64,000 nucleotides of DNA from Clostridia bacterium (lineage in GTDB: Bacteria > Bacillota > Clostridia > UMGS1810), in NCBI GenBank assembly GCA_045606045.1, contig JAZURE010000032.1, positions 9,863-73,862 on the forward strand, given 5' to 3'. The translations under genes were made by a program, and so were the position numbers. Under the pieces are notes generated by a model. The model made no database searches. It saw nothing but the letters and a program-made list of their open reading frames with translations, and had not been told where the DNA came from. Shown in pieces: positions 12,484-23,303 of the stretch (position 1 is its first letter; each line of letters opens with the position of its first letter).

Positions 12484-13089
12484 ATGAAAAAGGCAACTTC
12501 TTTTTTTATGATTGTACTTACTGTTGTTTTTATCCTTGGCGGTTGCCAGAGCAAGAAAGCATCCAAGGTGTTAGAAGAGCCTAAAATAAAGAAAGAGAAA
12601 AAGTCACAAGAAATAAGCTTCCCAAAAGAATTTGCAGGTGAATATTGGTTTTCATCCGGTGCAGGTGCATGGCGTACATATCTTGTATTAAAGGATGACG
12701 GCACTTTTACAGGAGAGCATACCGACACAAACATGGGAGAATCCGGTGACGGATACGAAGCCACACAGTATATCTGTAATTTCGAGGGTGAATTTAAGAT
12801 TGTGGAAGAGAATGACGGTGTATACACCGCACAGCTTACAAAGCTTTCGAGCGAAAAAGAAATAAATGAAGAATGGATTAAAGACGATGTGCGTTATGTT
12901 GCATCTACTCCTTATGGCATAGATGGAGGAAGCGAGTTTATATTGTATCCTCCAAGCACACCTACAGAGGAACTTAGCGAAGAGCTTTTGTCATGGTGGC
13001 CAAAGAGATTTGAAACCGTACAGCCCGACACGCTTACACAATATGCAATATATAATGTTACAACGGGCGAAGGCTTTTTTGCAGATTAA
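12484..13089 (+). CDS. putative lipoprotein, unknown function
   Basis: Signal peptide with a lipobox (LGGC) followed by a hydrophilic domain. Confidence 0.6.
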   Translation: MKKATSFFMIVLTVVFILGGCQSKKASKVLEEPKIKKEKKSQEISFPKEFAGEYWFSSGAGAWRTYLVLKDDGTFTGEHTDTNMGESGDGYEATQYICNFEGEFKIVEENDGVYTAQLTKLSSEKEINEEWIKDDVRYVASTPYGIDGGSEFILYPPSTPTEELSEELLSWWPKRFETVQPDTLTQYAIYNVTTGEGFFAD

Positions 13090-13119
13090 TTATATTTAAC
13101 TTCAAGGAGAGTGTTTTAG

Positions 13120-14919
13120 ATGGCAAAGGGAAAGATATCGGTACATACCGAAAATTTACTTCCAATTATTAAAAAATGGCTTTATTCAGACAGTGATATA
13201 TTCTTAAGAGAGTTGGTTTCAAATGCACAGGATGCCATAATGAAACTCAAAAAGCTTGTCTCACTCGGAGAATACAACTGCGATGATAGATTTGAAATTC
13301 ATGTTGAAGCCGATGAAGAAAAGGGAACTATTTCCATTTCGGACAACGGCATAGGTATGACACAGGACGAAGTGGAAAAGTATATAAATCAGGTAGCTTT
13401 CTCGGGTGCTGAGGAATTCATTAAGAAATATGAGGACAGCAAGGATGAAAAAAATCAGATTATAGGACACTTTGGTCTTGGTTTCTATAGTGCATTCATG
13501 GCGGCAACCGAGGTTGAAATAGATACCTTGTCCTATGCGGATGGCGCCAAGGCGGTGCATTGGGTTTCCGACGGAGGCACGGAATTTGAGATTTCCGAGG
13601 GAAGCCGCACAGGAAGGGGTACAACTGTTACCTTGCATATTTCTGAAGATTTCAAAGAGTTTTTAAAGGCGTACAAGCTTAGAGAAACACTCAATAAATA
13701 TTGCGGCTTCCTGCCTGTGGAGATATATCTTGACGACAAGAGCGAAACCGAGGATAAGAAACCTATAAATGATATAAATCCTCTTTGGCTGAAGAAACCG
13801 TCTGAGTGTACCTGTGAGGAATATATTGAATTCTATCATAAAGTGTTTTTTGATTTTAATGAGCCGCTTTTCTGGATACATCTCAATGTGGATTTTCCGT
13901 TCAATTTAAAAGGTATTTTGTATTTCCCAAGACTCAATCATGAATATCAGAGCCTGGAAGGTCAGATTAAGCTCTATAACAATCAAGTATTTATTGCCGA
14001 TAACATCAAAGAGGTAATACCTGAGTATCTTTTGCTTTTAAAGGGTGTAATAGACTGCCCCGATTTACCTCTTAATGTTTCGAGAAGTTTCCTTCAGAAT
14101 GACGGCTATGTTTCCAAGGTTTCTAATCATATTACAAAGAAAGTAGCAGATAAGCTTAACGGATTATATAAAACTGAGAAAGAAAACTATGAGAAATACT
14201 GGGACGATATAAATCCTTTTATCAAGTACGGATGTATGCGTGACGATAAATTCTTTGATAAGGTTAAGGATATAATCGTATTCAAAAAGCTCGACGACAG
14301 CTATGTGTCTTTAAAGGAACTGTCCGAGGGTGAAACCAAGGAAGTTTTCTATGTTACGGATACCGCATCACAGAGCCAGTATATCGAGCTTCTCTCTACC
14401 GAGGGTATAGAGCCTGTACTATTGAATAATGTGATTGACAACCACTTTTCGAGCTTCCTTGAATACAAGATTACAGACATTTCATTTAAGAGGGTAGATT
14501 CATACATTACGGATTCTCTTAAAAAGGATGAAGATTCCAAGGGTGAGGATACAATTAAAATCAAGGATATTTTTGCAAAATTCCTAAGTTCAGATAAAAT
14601 CGTTGTAGAAAACTTAAAATCCGATAAGATATCTGCAATGTTTGTCATAAGCGAAGAAGCACGCAGAATGGAAGAAATGCAAAAACTCTACGGCGGCATG
14701 AATATATCCGAGATGCCAAAGCCCGAAGAGACATTCGTGATAAACGCAAACAGCTCTCTTGTAAAGAAGATTTCGCAAATAACCGATGATAAGATAAGGG
14801 ATTTGGTTTGCCTTAATGTCATAGATATGGCAAAGCTGTCGCACAACACTTTAAACGGGCAGGAACGCGATGAATTTATAGAAAGAAATGCTGAAATCAT
14901 GAATATGATAATGGGTTAA
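13120..14919 (+). CDS. htpG: molecular chaperone HtpG (Hsp90)
   Basis: 599 aa with the N-terminal GHKL ATPase motifs ELVSNAQDA and DNGIGM, and GHFGLGFYS. Confidence 0.95.
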   Translation: MAKGKISVHTENLLPIIKKWLYSDSDIFLRELVSNAQDAIMKLKKLVSLGEYNCDDRFEIHVEADEEKGTISISDNGIGMTQDEVEKYINQVAFSGAEEFIKKYEDSKDEKNQIIGHFGLGFYSAFMAATEVEIDTLSYADGAKAVHWVSDGGTEFEISEGSRTGRGTTVTLHISEDFKEFLKAYKLRETLNKYCGFLPVEIYLDDKSETEDKKPINDINPLWLKKPSECTCEEYIEFYHKVFFDFNEPLFWIHLNVDFPFNLKGILYFPRLNHEYQSLEGQIKLYNNQVFIADNIKEVIPEYLLLLKGVIDCPDLPLNVSRSFLQNDGYVSKVSNHITKKVADKLNGLYKTEKENYEKYWDDINPFIKYGCMRDDKFFDKVKDIIVFKKLDDSYVSLKELSEGETKEVFYVTDTASQSQYIELLSTEGIEPVLLNNVIDNHFSSFLEYKITDISFKRVDSYITDSLKKDEDSKGEDTIKIKDIFAKFLSSDKIVVENLKSDKISAMFVISEEARRMEEMQKLYGGMNISEMPKPEETFVINANSSLVKKISQITDDKIRDLVCLNVIDMAKLSHNTLNGQERDEFIERNAEIMNMIMG

Positions 14920-14925
14920 AGTGAA

Positions 14926-14962
14926 AACAAGCTGTTTCTCTGTGAAATAGCTTGTTTTTTTT
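14926..14962 (+). terminator. intrinsic terminator after htpG
   Basis: Stem AACAAGCT/AGCTTGTT followed by a run of 8 T. Confidence 0.7.
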
Positions 14963-14972
14963 AAAATAAGTA

Positions 14973-15001
14973 TTGACAAAGTGCGGCTTATTTGCTATAA
15001 T
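14973..15001 (+). promoter_or_regulatory. sigma-70-type promoter for tRNA-Gly
   Basis: TTGACA, a 17-nt spacer, then TATAAT (perfect consensus), about 27 nt upstream of the tRNA. Confidence 0.7.
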
Positions 15002-15028
15002 ATTAACTCGTAAGGACAATATTTGTTT

Positions 15029-15103
15029 GCGGGAGTGGCTCAGTGGTAGAGCGTCACCTTGCCAAGGTGAACGTCGCGAGTTCGAATCTCGTCTTCCGCT
15101 CCA
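15029..15103 (+). tRNA. tRNA-Gly (anticodon GCC), CCA encoded
   Basis: Manual cloverleaf: acceptor GCGGGAG/CTTCCGC, D arm GCTC..GAGC, anticodon stem TCACC/GGTGA with loop TTGCCAA, and T arm GCGAG-TTCGAAT-CTCGT. Confidence 0.92.
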
Positions 15104-15104
15104 G

Positions 15105-15137
15105 AAAAAGCATGCTGAATTTTTCAGTATGCTTTTT
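15105..15137 (+). terminator. intrinsic terminator after tRNA-Gly
   Basis: Stem GCATGCTGAA/TTCAGTATGC followed by TTTTT. Confidence 0.65.
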
Positions 15138-15168
15138 CAATTAAATCTGTATTTTGTCGGAATTCCTA

Positions 15169-15196
15169 TTGACAAATTTCCCAAAAAGTGTATAAT
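15169..15196 (+). promoter_or_regulatory. sigma-70-type promoter of the pflBA leader
   Basis: TTGACA, a 16-nt spacer, then TATAAT. Confidence 0.6.
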
Positions 15197-15204
15197 ATAA
15201 TTGT

Positions 15205-15273
15205 CCTTGCAACTGACGGAACATAGATAACTATGAGGGAGCAAGGTCATGTTAAATGCCGACCGTCTGGGCT
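15205..15273 (+). promoter_or_regulatory. ZTP (pfl-motif) riboswitch aptamer
   Basis: P1 CCTTGC/GCAAGG encloses ACUGACGGAAC, a small hairpin (AUAG-AUAA-CUAU) and GAGGGAGC. The 3' subdomain has hairpin GGUC..GACC followed by GUCUGGGC. GACGG in the 5' part can pair with CCGUC in the 3' part, which is a covarying pseudoknot relative to the GGCG/CGCC I recall from ZTP aptamers. The pfl gene context matches. Confidence 0.7.
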
Positions 15274-15302
15274 CCTGTATTTTGAGGAGCCTTTTATTTT
15301 TT
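15270..15302 (+). terminator. riboswitch expression-platform terminator upstream of pflB
   Basis: Stem GGCTCCT/AGGAGCC followed by TTTTATTTTTT. The 5' arm overlaps the conserved CUGGGC of the aptamer. Confidence 0.7.
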
Positions 15303-15318
15303 GTAAGGAGGAAAAACT

Positions 15319-17544
15319 ATGACATATCACAGAGGTTTTAAAGAGGGAAACTGGAACACAGCAATAGATGTTGCTGATTTTATAAAGCTTAATTACACAT
15401 ACTATGCGGGAAATTCCGATTTCCTTGCAGGTACTACCGAAAGAACAGATAAGGTAAAAGCGAGGGTAGAAGAACTCCTCGTCGAAGAAAACAAAAACGG
15501 CGGTGTACTGGAGGTGGATACAAATGTTGTATCCTCCATACTTTCGCATGCTCCAGGCTACATTATAGAGGGTGAGGATATCATTTTGGGTCTTCAGACA
15601 GACAAACCCTTAAAGCGTGCCGTAAATCCATTTTCGGGCTATCGAAATACAGTACAGGCCTGCGAAGCATACGGCTATGAGATAGGTGACAATGTCAAGG
15701 ATGAGTTCAAATACAGAACAACACACAATACAGGTGTTTTCAGAGTATATACAGATACAATGAGAAAGGCGAGACATGCGGGTATATTAACAGGTCTTCC
15801 CGATGCTTATTCCAGAGGCAGAATCATAGGAGACTACCGCCGAATTGCTCTTTACGGTATGGATTATCTTATTAAGCAGAGAAAACTCGACAAACAGAGA
15901 ATAAGCGAGCGCCTCATGACAGCAGAAAACATTCAGCTTCTGGAAGATATACAAAAGCAGCTTGAATTTATGACACAGCTTATTACCATGGCGGAACAGT
16001 ACGGATGCGATATTTCCCGTCCTGCCAACAATGCAAAAGAGGCTATACAATGGCTCTATTTTGGATATTTGGGCGCTGTAAAGGAGCAGAACGGTGCAGC
16101 AAACAGTATTGGTAGAATTTCTTCTTTCATAGATATCTACATAGAAAGAGACTTAAAAGAGGGTACACTGGATGAACTGGGTGCTCAGGAATTAATAGAT
16201 GACCTTGTTCTTAAAATGCGTCTTGTAAGACATTTGAGAACTCCTGAATACAACGACCTTTTTGCAGGAGATCCTGTGTGGGTTACCTGCTCGCTTGCAG
16301 GGGCTACCACAGAGGGTGTGCCTATGGTTACAAAGACCTGCTACAGATTCCTGCAGACTCTCTACAACCTCGGACCAAGTGCAGAACCCAATATTACAGT
16401 TTTATGGTCTCAAACGCTTCCCGAAGCATTCAAAGAATTTTGTGCGAAGGTTTCAATAGACACCGACTCTATCCAGTACGAAAATGATGATGTTATGCGC
16501 ACTGATTTTGGCGATGACTATGCCATAGCTTGCTGTGTATCTGCTATGAAAACAGGTAAGCAGATGCAGTTCTTCGGTGCAAGGTGCAACCTTGCAAAAG
16601 TACTCTTGCTTTCGTTAAATGGCGGTAAGGACGAGGTGTACGGCGAACAGATTGCTCCGGAAGGCAGAGTATTTGACGAGAGTGTTCTGAATTACAATAG
16701 TGTAATGGAAGCATTCAAAAGCTATGCTTCATGGATGGCAAAGCTCTATGTGAATACAATGAATATCATCCATTACATGCACGACAGATATGCCTACGAG
16801 AGACTCATGATGTCACTTCATGATGTAGAGCCGGAAAGACTAATGGCATTTGGCATAAGCGGTCTTAGTGTCCTTGTAGACAGTCTTAGCGCCATAAAAT
16901 ATGCCAAGGTTACACCGATAAAAGACGAAAGAGGAATCATAACAGACTTTAAGTGTGAGGGCGAATTCCCCAAATACGGAAATGACGATAACCGCGTGGA
17001 TGAGATTGCAAAATGGGTAACAGAATTTTTCTATACCGAGCTTTGCAAAACACCCACATACAGAAATGCTATCCACACATTATCCATACTCACTATTACA
17101 TCAAATGTAGTTTATGGCAAAAAGACAGGCGCTACTCCCGATGGCAGAAAGAAAGGCGAGCCTTTCGCTCCCGGTGCAAACCCCATGCACGGACGTGACT
17201 GCGAGGGTGCACTTGCATCACTTAATTCCGTTGCCAAGATAGATTATGCCTGCTGCAGAGATGGTATTTCCAATACATTCTCCATTACACCTGATTCTCT
17301 GGGTGTGGACGATGAAGACAGAACAAAGAAGCTTGTGGCTATCCTTGACGGTTATTTTGTTCAAAAAGCTCACCATCTTAATGTGAATGTATTAAACAGA
17401 CAAAAACTCATAGATGCCATGAATGATCCTACACTTTATCCGTCTCTTACCATACGTGTAAGCGGATATGCTGTAAACTTCAATAAGCTTACAAAGGATA
17501 AGCAGTTGGAGGTTATTTCCAGAACATTCCACGAAAAAATGTAG
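15319..17544 (+). CDS. pflB: pyruvate formate-lyase (formate C-acetyltransferase)
   Basis: 741 aa with the glycyl-radical motif RVSGYAVNF near the C-terminus and an active-site CC dyad (IACCVSAM). Confidence 0.95.
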   Translation: MTYHRGFKEGNWNTAIDVADFIKLNYTYYAGNSDFLAGTTERTDKVKARVEELLVEENKNGGVLEVDTNVVSSILSHAPGYIIEGEDIILGLQTDKPLKRAVNPFSGYRNTVQACEAYGYEIGDNVKDEFKYRTTHNTGVFRVYTDTMRKARHAGILTGLPDAYSRGRIIGDYRRIALYGMDYLIKQRKLDKQRISERLMTAENIQLLEDIQKQLEFMTQLITMAEQYGCDISRPANNAKEAIQWLYFGYLGAVKEQNGAANSIGRISSFIDIYIERDLKEGTLDELGAQELIDDLVLKMRLVRHLRTPEYNDLFAGDPVWVTCSLAGATTEGVPMVTKTCYRFLQTLYNLGPSAEPNITVLWSQTLPEAFKEFCAKVSIDTDSIQYENDDVMRTDFGDDYAIACCVSAMKTGKQMQFFGARCNLAKVLLLSLNGGKDEVYGEQIAPEGRVFDESVLNYNSVMEAFKSYASWMAKLYVNTMNIIHYMHDRYAYERLMMSLHDVEPERLMAFGISGLSVLVDSLSAIKYAKVTPIKDERGIITDFKCEGEFPKYGNDDNRVDEIAKWVTEFFYTELCKTPTYRNAIHTLSILTITSNVVYGKKTGATPDGRKKGEPFAPGANPMHGRDCEGALASLNSVAKIDYACCRDGISNTFSITPDSLGVDDEDRTKKLVAILDGYFVQKAHHLNVNVLNRQKLIDAMNDPTLYPSLTIRVSGYAVNFNKLTKDKQLEVISRTFHEKM

Positions 17545-17555
17545 GGGAGATATTT

Positions 17556-18272
17556 ATGACGGGATATGTTCATTCTTTCGAAAGTCTTGCTGCTGTAGAC
17601 GGCGAGGGCTTAAGGTGTGCTGTTTTTCTTTCGGGTTGTCCCATGAGGTGCGTTTGTTGCCACAATCCTGATACATGGCTTTTAAAAAACGGCATCGAAA
17701 CCTCACCCGAAGATATGGCTGCCAAAATAGAAAGATACAAACCGTATTTTGGAATTGATGGTGGAGTTACTTTCAGCGGGGGAGAGCCATTGTGTCAGGC
17801 GGAGTTTATAAACGAAACCTCAGAGATACTTAGGTGTAAGGGCATAACCTACGCTGTAGATACTTCCGGCTCAGTCGAGCTTACTTCTCCTGTGAAGACT
17901 GCACTGGAAAATGCAAAATTTGTCATTCTTGATTTGAAATTTTGGGACGAGGATTCGTATGTTAAATATACCGCACATTCTATGAAAAACACTCTCCTTA
18001 CTCTTGACTACCTCGAAAGTATAGGCAAGAGGGTGTGGATACGTACAGTAATTATCCCCGGAATAAATGACACCAAAGAACATATGGATAAATATCTTAT
18101 TCATTTAAGAGATAAGACTTGTGTAGAAAAATACGAGCTTTTGGCGTTTCATACAATGGGATTTTTCAAATATGACAAATTAAGCATACAAAATCCGCTT
18201 GAAAACACCGAGCCGCTATCTCAAAACATCAGAAATGAATTGCAGAAATACATAAATGATGTTTTCTTGTAA
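17556..18272 (+). CDS. pflA: pyruvate formate-lyase activating enzyme (radical SAM)
   Basis: 238 aa with a CPMRCVCCHN radical-SAM cluster motif, immediately downstream of pflB. Confidence 0.92.
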   Translation: MTGYVHSFESLAAVDGEGLRCAVFLSGCPMRCVCCHNPDTWLLKNGIETSPEDMAAKIERYKPYFGIDGGVTFSGGEPLCQAEFINETSEILRCKGITYAVDTSGSVELTSPVKTALENAKFVILDLKFWDEDSYVKYTAHSMKNTLLTLDYLESIGKRVWIRTVIIPGINDTKEHMDKYLIHLRDKTCVEKYELLAFHTMGFFKYDKLSIQNPLENTEPLSQNIRNELQKYINDVFL

Positions 18273-18359
18273 AAATATTTCTAAAATTATTGACTTTACA
18301 AAAAAATTTTGTTACTATTAAGGAAATAGTTCAATTTTAGGTTATATAGGAGCGAAATT

Positions 18360-18629
18360 ATGATTACCAGAGAAGTTACCGTACTTAACGAAGTGGGTCT
18401 TCATGCAAGACCTGCCACATTCTTTATACAAAAAGCAAATGAATTTAAATCTTTCATTACCGTTGCCAAGGATGAACGCAAGGTAAATGCAAAGAGCCTT
18501 CTTGGAGTTCTCTCTCTGGGAATTATCAAAGGCACCAAGATTATAATTACTGCGGACGGTACTGATGAAAGCGAAGCTATTGATGAACTGGAAGCTCTTA
18601 TTATGTCGAATTTTGCAGATATAGAATAG
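18360..18629 (+). CDS. ptsH: phosphocarrier protein HPr
   Basis: 89 aa with the His15 motif GLHARPA and the Ser46 motif KSLLGVLSLG. Confidence 0.92.
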   Translation: MITREVTVLNEVGLHARPATFFIQKANEFKSFITVAKDERKVNAKSLLGVLSLGIIKGTKIIITADGTDESEAIDELEALIMSNFADIE

Positions 18630-18692
18630 TATTGTTACATAGCCTCCGCATGAATATGTGGGGGCTATATTATATTTGTATATAGGTGATAT

Positions 18693-20558
18693 ATGAATAG
18701 CGAAATCAACGAAAAATTAAAAACTCTTCCCGACAAAAGCGGAGTATATATTATGAAATCCGCCTCGGGCGAGATAATATATGTAGGCAAGGCAAAAAAT
18801 TTAAAAAACAGAGTTCGCTCGTATTTTAAATCGTATAATCATCCGCCAAAGGTCAGCTCGATGATTGCAAATGTAGATAGTTTTGAGTATATTATGACCG
18901 ACAGCGAGCTTGAGGCTCTTGTACTTGAAAACAATCTTATAAAAGAGAATATGCCAAAGTACAATATTCTTTTAAAGGACGATAAAACATATCCTTTTTT
19001 AAAGATTACGGTAAAGGAATTATATCCCAGAATTTTTCTTACAAGAAAGATTACAAAAGACGGCGCTTTATATTTCGGACCATATCAGAATTCTGCAGAC
19101 CTCAAGCAGCTTATTGCTCTTGTTAAGGAAATCTTTTGTTTAAGACATTGTTCTACCGAATTTTTGGAGGGTTTTAGTCCAAAAAGACCATGTCTCTATT
19201 ATCAGCTCGGACAGTGCAAGGGTGTATGCAGTGCAAATATAACACCGCAGGAATACGGTGTGTTAATTGATAAAGCCATAGATTTTATAAATGGAAACAC
19301 ATCTGAAGCAGAAGAGACACTTAGTATGCAGATGAAAAACGCTGCAGATGAACTTGACTTTGAAAAGGCTGCACTTTGCCGTGACAAGCTAAATGCAATA
19401 AATTCATTAAGACAAAAACAAAAAATTACCAATCCCAAAGGGGACGACACAGATGCTATAGCTATTTATAATGCAAACGGTACCTCGTGTATACAGGTGT
19501 TTTTTATACGAAACGGCAATATCATTGGTAAGGAGCACTATTTTGTTTTGGATACCGACGGAATTTTTGAAAGTGAAATACTTTCAGAGTTTTTGAGGGA
19601 TTATTATTCGGATTCTACCTTTATCCCGGGAAAGCTTCTTGTTCAATATGAGGTTGAAGATGCCGAAATCCTTGAAAAATTCATTTCTGACAAAGCCGGA
19701 AAATCTGTTAAAATAAAGACACCTAAGATAGGCGCAAATGCAGCTCTTATGAGAATGATAGCCGCCAATGCCAAAAAGGACCATAGTGAGCGAGAGCTAA
19801 AAATCATGCGTGACATTTCATTTAAGAACACCGCACTTACAGAGCTTACTGAGCTTATGGGACTTGAAAAGCCACCGATGTACATCGAAGCGTACGATGT
19901 TTCAAATTTAGGGCCGTCCACTTCTGTAGCATCCATGGTAGTATATAAAAACGGCAGACCCTGTACAAAAAAATATAAGAATTTCCGTATGAAGACTGTA
20001 TCGGGACAGGATGACTATGCTTCAATGAAAGAGGCGATAACACGGCGACTTACCCGTGCCAAATCCGAAATGCTGCTTATAGAAGAAGGAAAACTTGAAG
20101 AATCAGATGCATCATTTTTACCGCTGCCTGATATCATACTGGCAGACGGAGGTGAGGGGCACCGCAATGTAGCACTTGAGGCAGTCGGGGACTTCGATAT
20201 ACCTGTTTTTGGAATAGTAAAGGACTCCAATCATCAGACAAGGGCGATTGTTGGCGAAAGCGGAGAAATACGCCCCGATAAAAAATCAAATGCTTTTATG
20301 CTCATAAAAAATATTCAGGATGAGATGCACAGAAGAGCAGTGGGATATCTTAATAATCTCCAGAAGAAAAAGGTTGTTGCAAGCGAACTTGATTTAATAC
20401 AGGGAATCGGAGCGAAGCGAAAAAAACTCCTGCTTTCCAAATTCAAATCAATGCGTAATATACGAAATGCTTCTATAGATGAATTAAAAGCAGTAGACGG
20501 TATAGATGCTAAAACCGCAGAGAATATTTATATGTTTTTCAGAGAAAATAAGAATTAA
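18693..20558 (+). CDS. uvrC: excinuclease ABC subunit C
   Basis: 621 aa with an N-terminal GIY-YIG domain (GVYIM...IIYVGKAKNLKNR), a UVR domain, and C-terminal endonuclease and HhH regions. Confidence 0.95.
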   Translation: MNSEINEKLKTLPDKSGVYIMKSASGEIIYVGKAKNLKNRVRSYFKSYNHPPKVSSMIANVDSFEYIMTDSELEALVLENNLIKENMPKYNILLKDDKTYPFLKITVKELYPRIFLTRKITKDGALYFGPYQNSADLKQLIALVKEIFCLRHCSTEFLEGFSPKRPCLYYQLGQCKGVCSANITPQEYGVLIDKAIDFINGNTSEAEETLSMQMKNAADELDFEKAALCRDKLNAINSLRQKQKITNPKGDDTDAIAIYNANGTSCIQVFFIRNGNIIGKEHYFVLDTDGIFESEILSEFLRDYYSDSTFIPGKLLVQYEVEDAEILEKFISDKAGKSVKIKTPKIGANAALMRMIAANAKKDHSERELKIMRDISFKNTALTELTELMGLEKPPMYIEAYDVSNLGPSTSVASMVVYKNGRPCTKKYKNFRMKTVSGQDDYASMKEAITRRLTRAKSEMLLIEEGKLEESDASFLPLPDIILADGGEGHRNVALEAVGDFDIPVFGIVKDSNHQTRAIVGESGEIRPDKKSNAFMLIKNIQDEMHRRAVGYLNNLQKKKVVASELDLIQGIGAKRKKLLLSKFKSMRNIRNASIDELKAVDGIDAKTAENIYMFFRENKN

Positions 20559-20579
20559 ACCTATTGTGGAGGGATTTGT

Positions 20580-21182
20580 ATGGAACTCAATGCTGTAAAC
20601 AAAATCGGATATGGTCTGTATATACTTACAACCAACGCAGACGGAGTGGACAACGGCTGTATAATCAACAGCGTTTGTCAGGTGGCTTTAAATCCTGACA
20701 GAATCATCGTTTCCGTAAATGCTTCGGGATACACCTGCGAGCTTATAAAGAAGTCGCAGAAATTCAATTTATCAATACTCAGTGAGGAAACACCTTTTTA
20801 TGTTTTTGAGCACTTCGGTTTTGTATCGGGCAGAGAAAAGGATAAGTTTGAAAAAAATGACAATCTTTTCAGAAGTAAAAACGGAATATATGTAGTGCCT
20901 AAATATGCCAATTCATATCTTAGTGCAGAGGTTACGGATATTATCGATATGGGTACACATATACTTTTTGTTGCCACGGTAACAGAACAGCAGATACTCG
21001 ATGACACTGCATCAATTACCTACGATTATTACCACAAAAACACCAAACCTAAACCGCAGGATACAAAGAAAACGGGTTACAGATGTGAAATATGCGGTTA
21101 TATTTATGAGGGTGATGATATTCCCGGAGATTTTATTTGCCCCATATGTAAGCACGGTGTAAGTGATTTTACAAAGATATAA
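20580..21182 (+). CDS. flavin reductase domain fused to a C-terminal rubredoxin (high-molecular-weight rubredoxin type)
   Basis: N-terminal flavin-reductase-like domain plus C-terminal YRCEICGYIYEG...FICPICKHG (two CxxC pairs). Confidence 0.8.
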   Translation: MELNAVNKIGYGLYILTTNADGVDNGCIINSVCQVALNPDRIIVSVNASGYTCELIKKSQKFNLSILSEETPFYVFEHFGFVSGREKDKFEKNDNLFRSKNGIYVVPKYANSYLSAEVTDIIDMGTHILFVATVTEQQILDDTASITYDYYHKNTKPKPQDTKKTGYRCEICGYIYEGDDIPGDFICPICKHGVSDFTKI

Positions 21183-21315
21183 TTGATAAGGTGATGTGAA
21201 AGCATATTTCACATCACCTCCGTATTTTACAAAAATGTTAATATTTCCCGTAACACTTGAAAAAATATATGGGATATTGTATAATAACACATTATGTTTA
21301 AATGAGGTTTTTTTA

Positions 21316-22161
21316 TTGTTCGGATATGTAAATGTTTATAAGGACGAGCTTAAATTTAAAGATTACAACATATACAAAGCCTATTATTGCGGTTTGTGCA
21401 AAGCACTTGGCAGAAGACATAATCAGATTTGCAGACTTGCACTGAATTATGACTTCACTTTTCTTGCACTCATTTGTGACTCTCTTAAAGAAGAAAAAGC
21501 TGTCTTTAAGGCAGAGGGATGTCTGAAAAGAGCAGGAAAAAGACCTGTGGTGATGCAATCCTACGGACTTGATTTTGTGGCGGATATGAATATATGGTTT
21601 ACATATCTTAAGCTAAAAGACGATATATCCGACAACAAATCTCCAAAAGCTTTATTTGCAATTTTGCCCTTTGTTTTAAGGGCACGGAGAATAAAGAAGC
21701 TATATCCTGAGCTTTGCGGGAAATCTCAAATCCATCTCAAAAGATTATCATTTTTGGAAAAGTCAAAGTGTGATGCCATAGACAAAGCCGCCCACGAGTT
21801 TGCCTCTGTACTTGAGGCTATGTTTGAAGAGGCAGACCACAGCCTCAAAGAAACAGGATATGCTCTTGGCAGGCTTATCTACATTGCAGATGCCTGCGAT
21901 GATATGACAGATGATTATAAAAAGGGTACTTACAATCCGCTTTGTCTTCAGTATGATTTTGACGGTAAGTACAGCCAAAATCTTAAAGCTGACATCAGCA
22001 CACTTTTGTATAATTCGCTTTCTGCCTTTGCAGATGAATACGAAAAACTTTTTGTAAAAAAGAATAAAGTTTTGCTCGACAACATAATTTATATGGGCAT
22101 AAGAGCAAGATGTGATTTTATAATAAACGAAAGGATAATATGCGATGAAAGATCCGTATAA
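21316..22161 (+). CDS. DUF5685-like protein, unknown function
   Basis: I prefer the TTG start at 21316 (reads M/L-FGYVNVYKDELKFKDY..YYCGLCKAL, TGAGG RBS upstream) over the upstream GTG in the ORF track. The family call is from memory of that N-terminal signature. Confidence 0.55.
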   Translation: MFGYVNVYKDELKFKDYNIYKAYYCGLCKALGRRHNQICRLALNYDFTFLALICDSLKEEKAVFKAEGCLKRAGKRPVVMQSYGLDFVADMNIWFTYLKLKDDISDNKSPKALFAILPFVLRARRIKKLYPELCGKSQIHLKRLSFLEKSKCDAIDKAAHEFASVLEAMFEEADHSLKETGYALGRLIYIADACDDMTDDYKKGTYNPLCLQYDFDGKYSQNLKADISTLLYNSLSAFADEYEKLFVKKNKVLLDNIIYMGIRARCDFIINERIICDERSV

Positions 22162-22735
22162 AATTCTTGGTGTAAACCATAACGCAACCGAAGAACAAAT
22201 AAAAGATGCTTATAAGGAACTGGTAAAAAAGTATCACCCCGATAAGTATGTTGACAATCCGCTTGCGGATTTGGCTTCGGAAAAAATGCAGGAAATCAAT
22301 TGGGCTTACAATGAGCTTACAAAAAGCAAATCTTCATACCAGAATTCAGGTCAAAGCGATAGATTTGCAAATTTTAATCAGGTGCGTACACTCATAAACC
22401 AGAACCGCATCAATGAGGCACAGAACGCACTAAATGCCATGGCAGTACGAAATGCCGAATGGCACTACCTTATGGGTATTGTTATGCAGCGAAAGGGATG
22501 GCATGATATGGCATATCAGCACTTTAATTCCGCCTGCTCTGCAGACCCTTATAACGAAGAGTATGCTTCTGCCAAGGCAAACATGGATGCCCGCCGTGCA
22601 AGCTATATGAACACAGGGTATTCACAGGGGTATCCTCAGGGCGGAAGTTGCAACACCTGCGATATGTGTCAAAGTCTTATTTGCGCTGATTGCTGTTGCG
22701 AATGTCTTGGAGGAGACCTTATATCATGCTGCTGA
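22145..22735 (+). CDS. J-domain protein with Cys-rich C-terminal tail
   Basis: N-terminal DnaJ domain (DPYKILGV...KKYHPDK) and a C-terminal CNTCDMCQSLICADCCCECLGGDLISCC region. Confidence 0.8.
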   Translation: MKDPYKILGVNHNATEEQIKDAYKELVKKYHPDKYVDNPLADLASEKMQEINWAYNELTKSKSSYQNSGQSDRFANFNQVRTLINQNRINEAQNALNAMAVRNAEWHYLMGIVMQRKGWHDMAYQHFNSACSADPYNEEYASAKANMDARRASYMNTGYSQGYPQGGSCNTCDMCQSLICADCCCECLGGDLISCC

Positions 22736-22748
22736 GAGGTGAGATATA

Positions 22749-23243
22749 GTGCAAAAAAAGATTGCTTACGGAGGGATTGCATCTGCACTTTGCATAATTC
22801 TTCTTGCAATGTCTTCGTATCTGCCTACACTTAAGGCTGCCACGCTCTTTTCGGCATCCGTAATCCCTTATGTAGTATGCAAATTTCTAAATATAAAAAG
22901 CGCATTTCTTATGTACGGTGCAACTGCAATTCTGGCATTTCTCATATGTCAGTCAGGCTCGCCCGAGGTTGCCTTTTCCTTTGGTATTTGTTTTGGAAAT
23001 TATCCGGTTTTTGCGGCAATGCTTGAAAGGAAGAACTTGATTTTTAAACTTATATCAAAAATGCTGCTTTATACCCTTTATTTTATTGCGGTATATCTTG
23101 TTTTTACAAAGCTTCTGCTTTTACCGCTACCGTGGTCTCCCTTTATACTGTTCGCTTTGGGAATCTTTGTATTTGCTATATATGATTACCTCATACAAAG
23201 GACAGGGGAATACCTTTTGTATATTTTAAAAAGAAGTAGGTAA
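22749..23243 (+). CDS. polytopic membrane protein, unknown function
   Basis: 164 aa with 4-5 hydrophobic helices. Confidence 0.55.
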   Translation: MQKKIAYGGIASALCIILLAMSSYLPTLKAATLFSASVIPYVVCKFLNIKSAFLMYGATAILAFLICQSGSPEVAFSFGICFGNYPVFAAMLERKNLIFKLISKMLLYTLYFIAVYLVFTKLLLLPLPWSPFILFALGIFVFAIYDYLIQRTGEYLLYILKRSR

Positions 23244-23303
23244 GGCTTGAATTTTTATTAAATATATATTATACTATCAATACTAATTTACGGAGGAATA
23301 CAA

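Noticed and set aside
23244-23303. I looked for a T-box leader upstream of tyrS, which is common for this gene in Firmicutes.
   Set aside because: The intergenic region is only 60 nt and AT-rich, and has no specifier or antiterminator structure. There is no room for a T-box.
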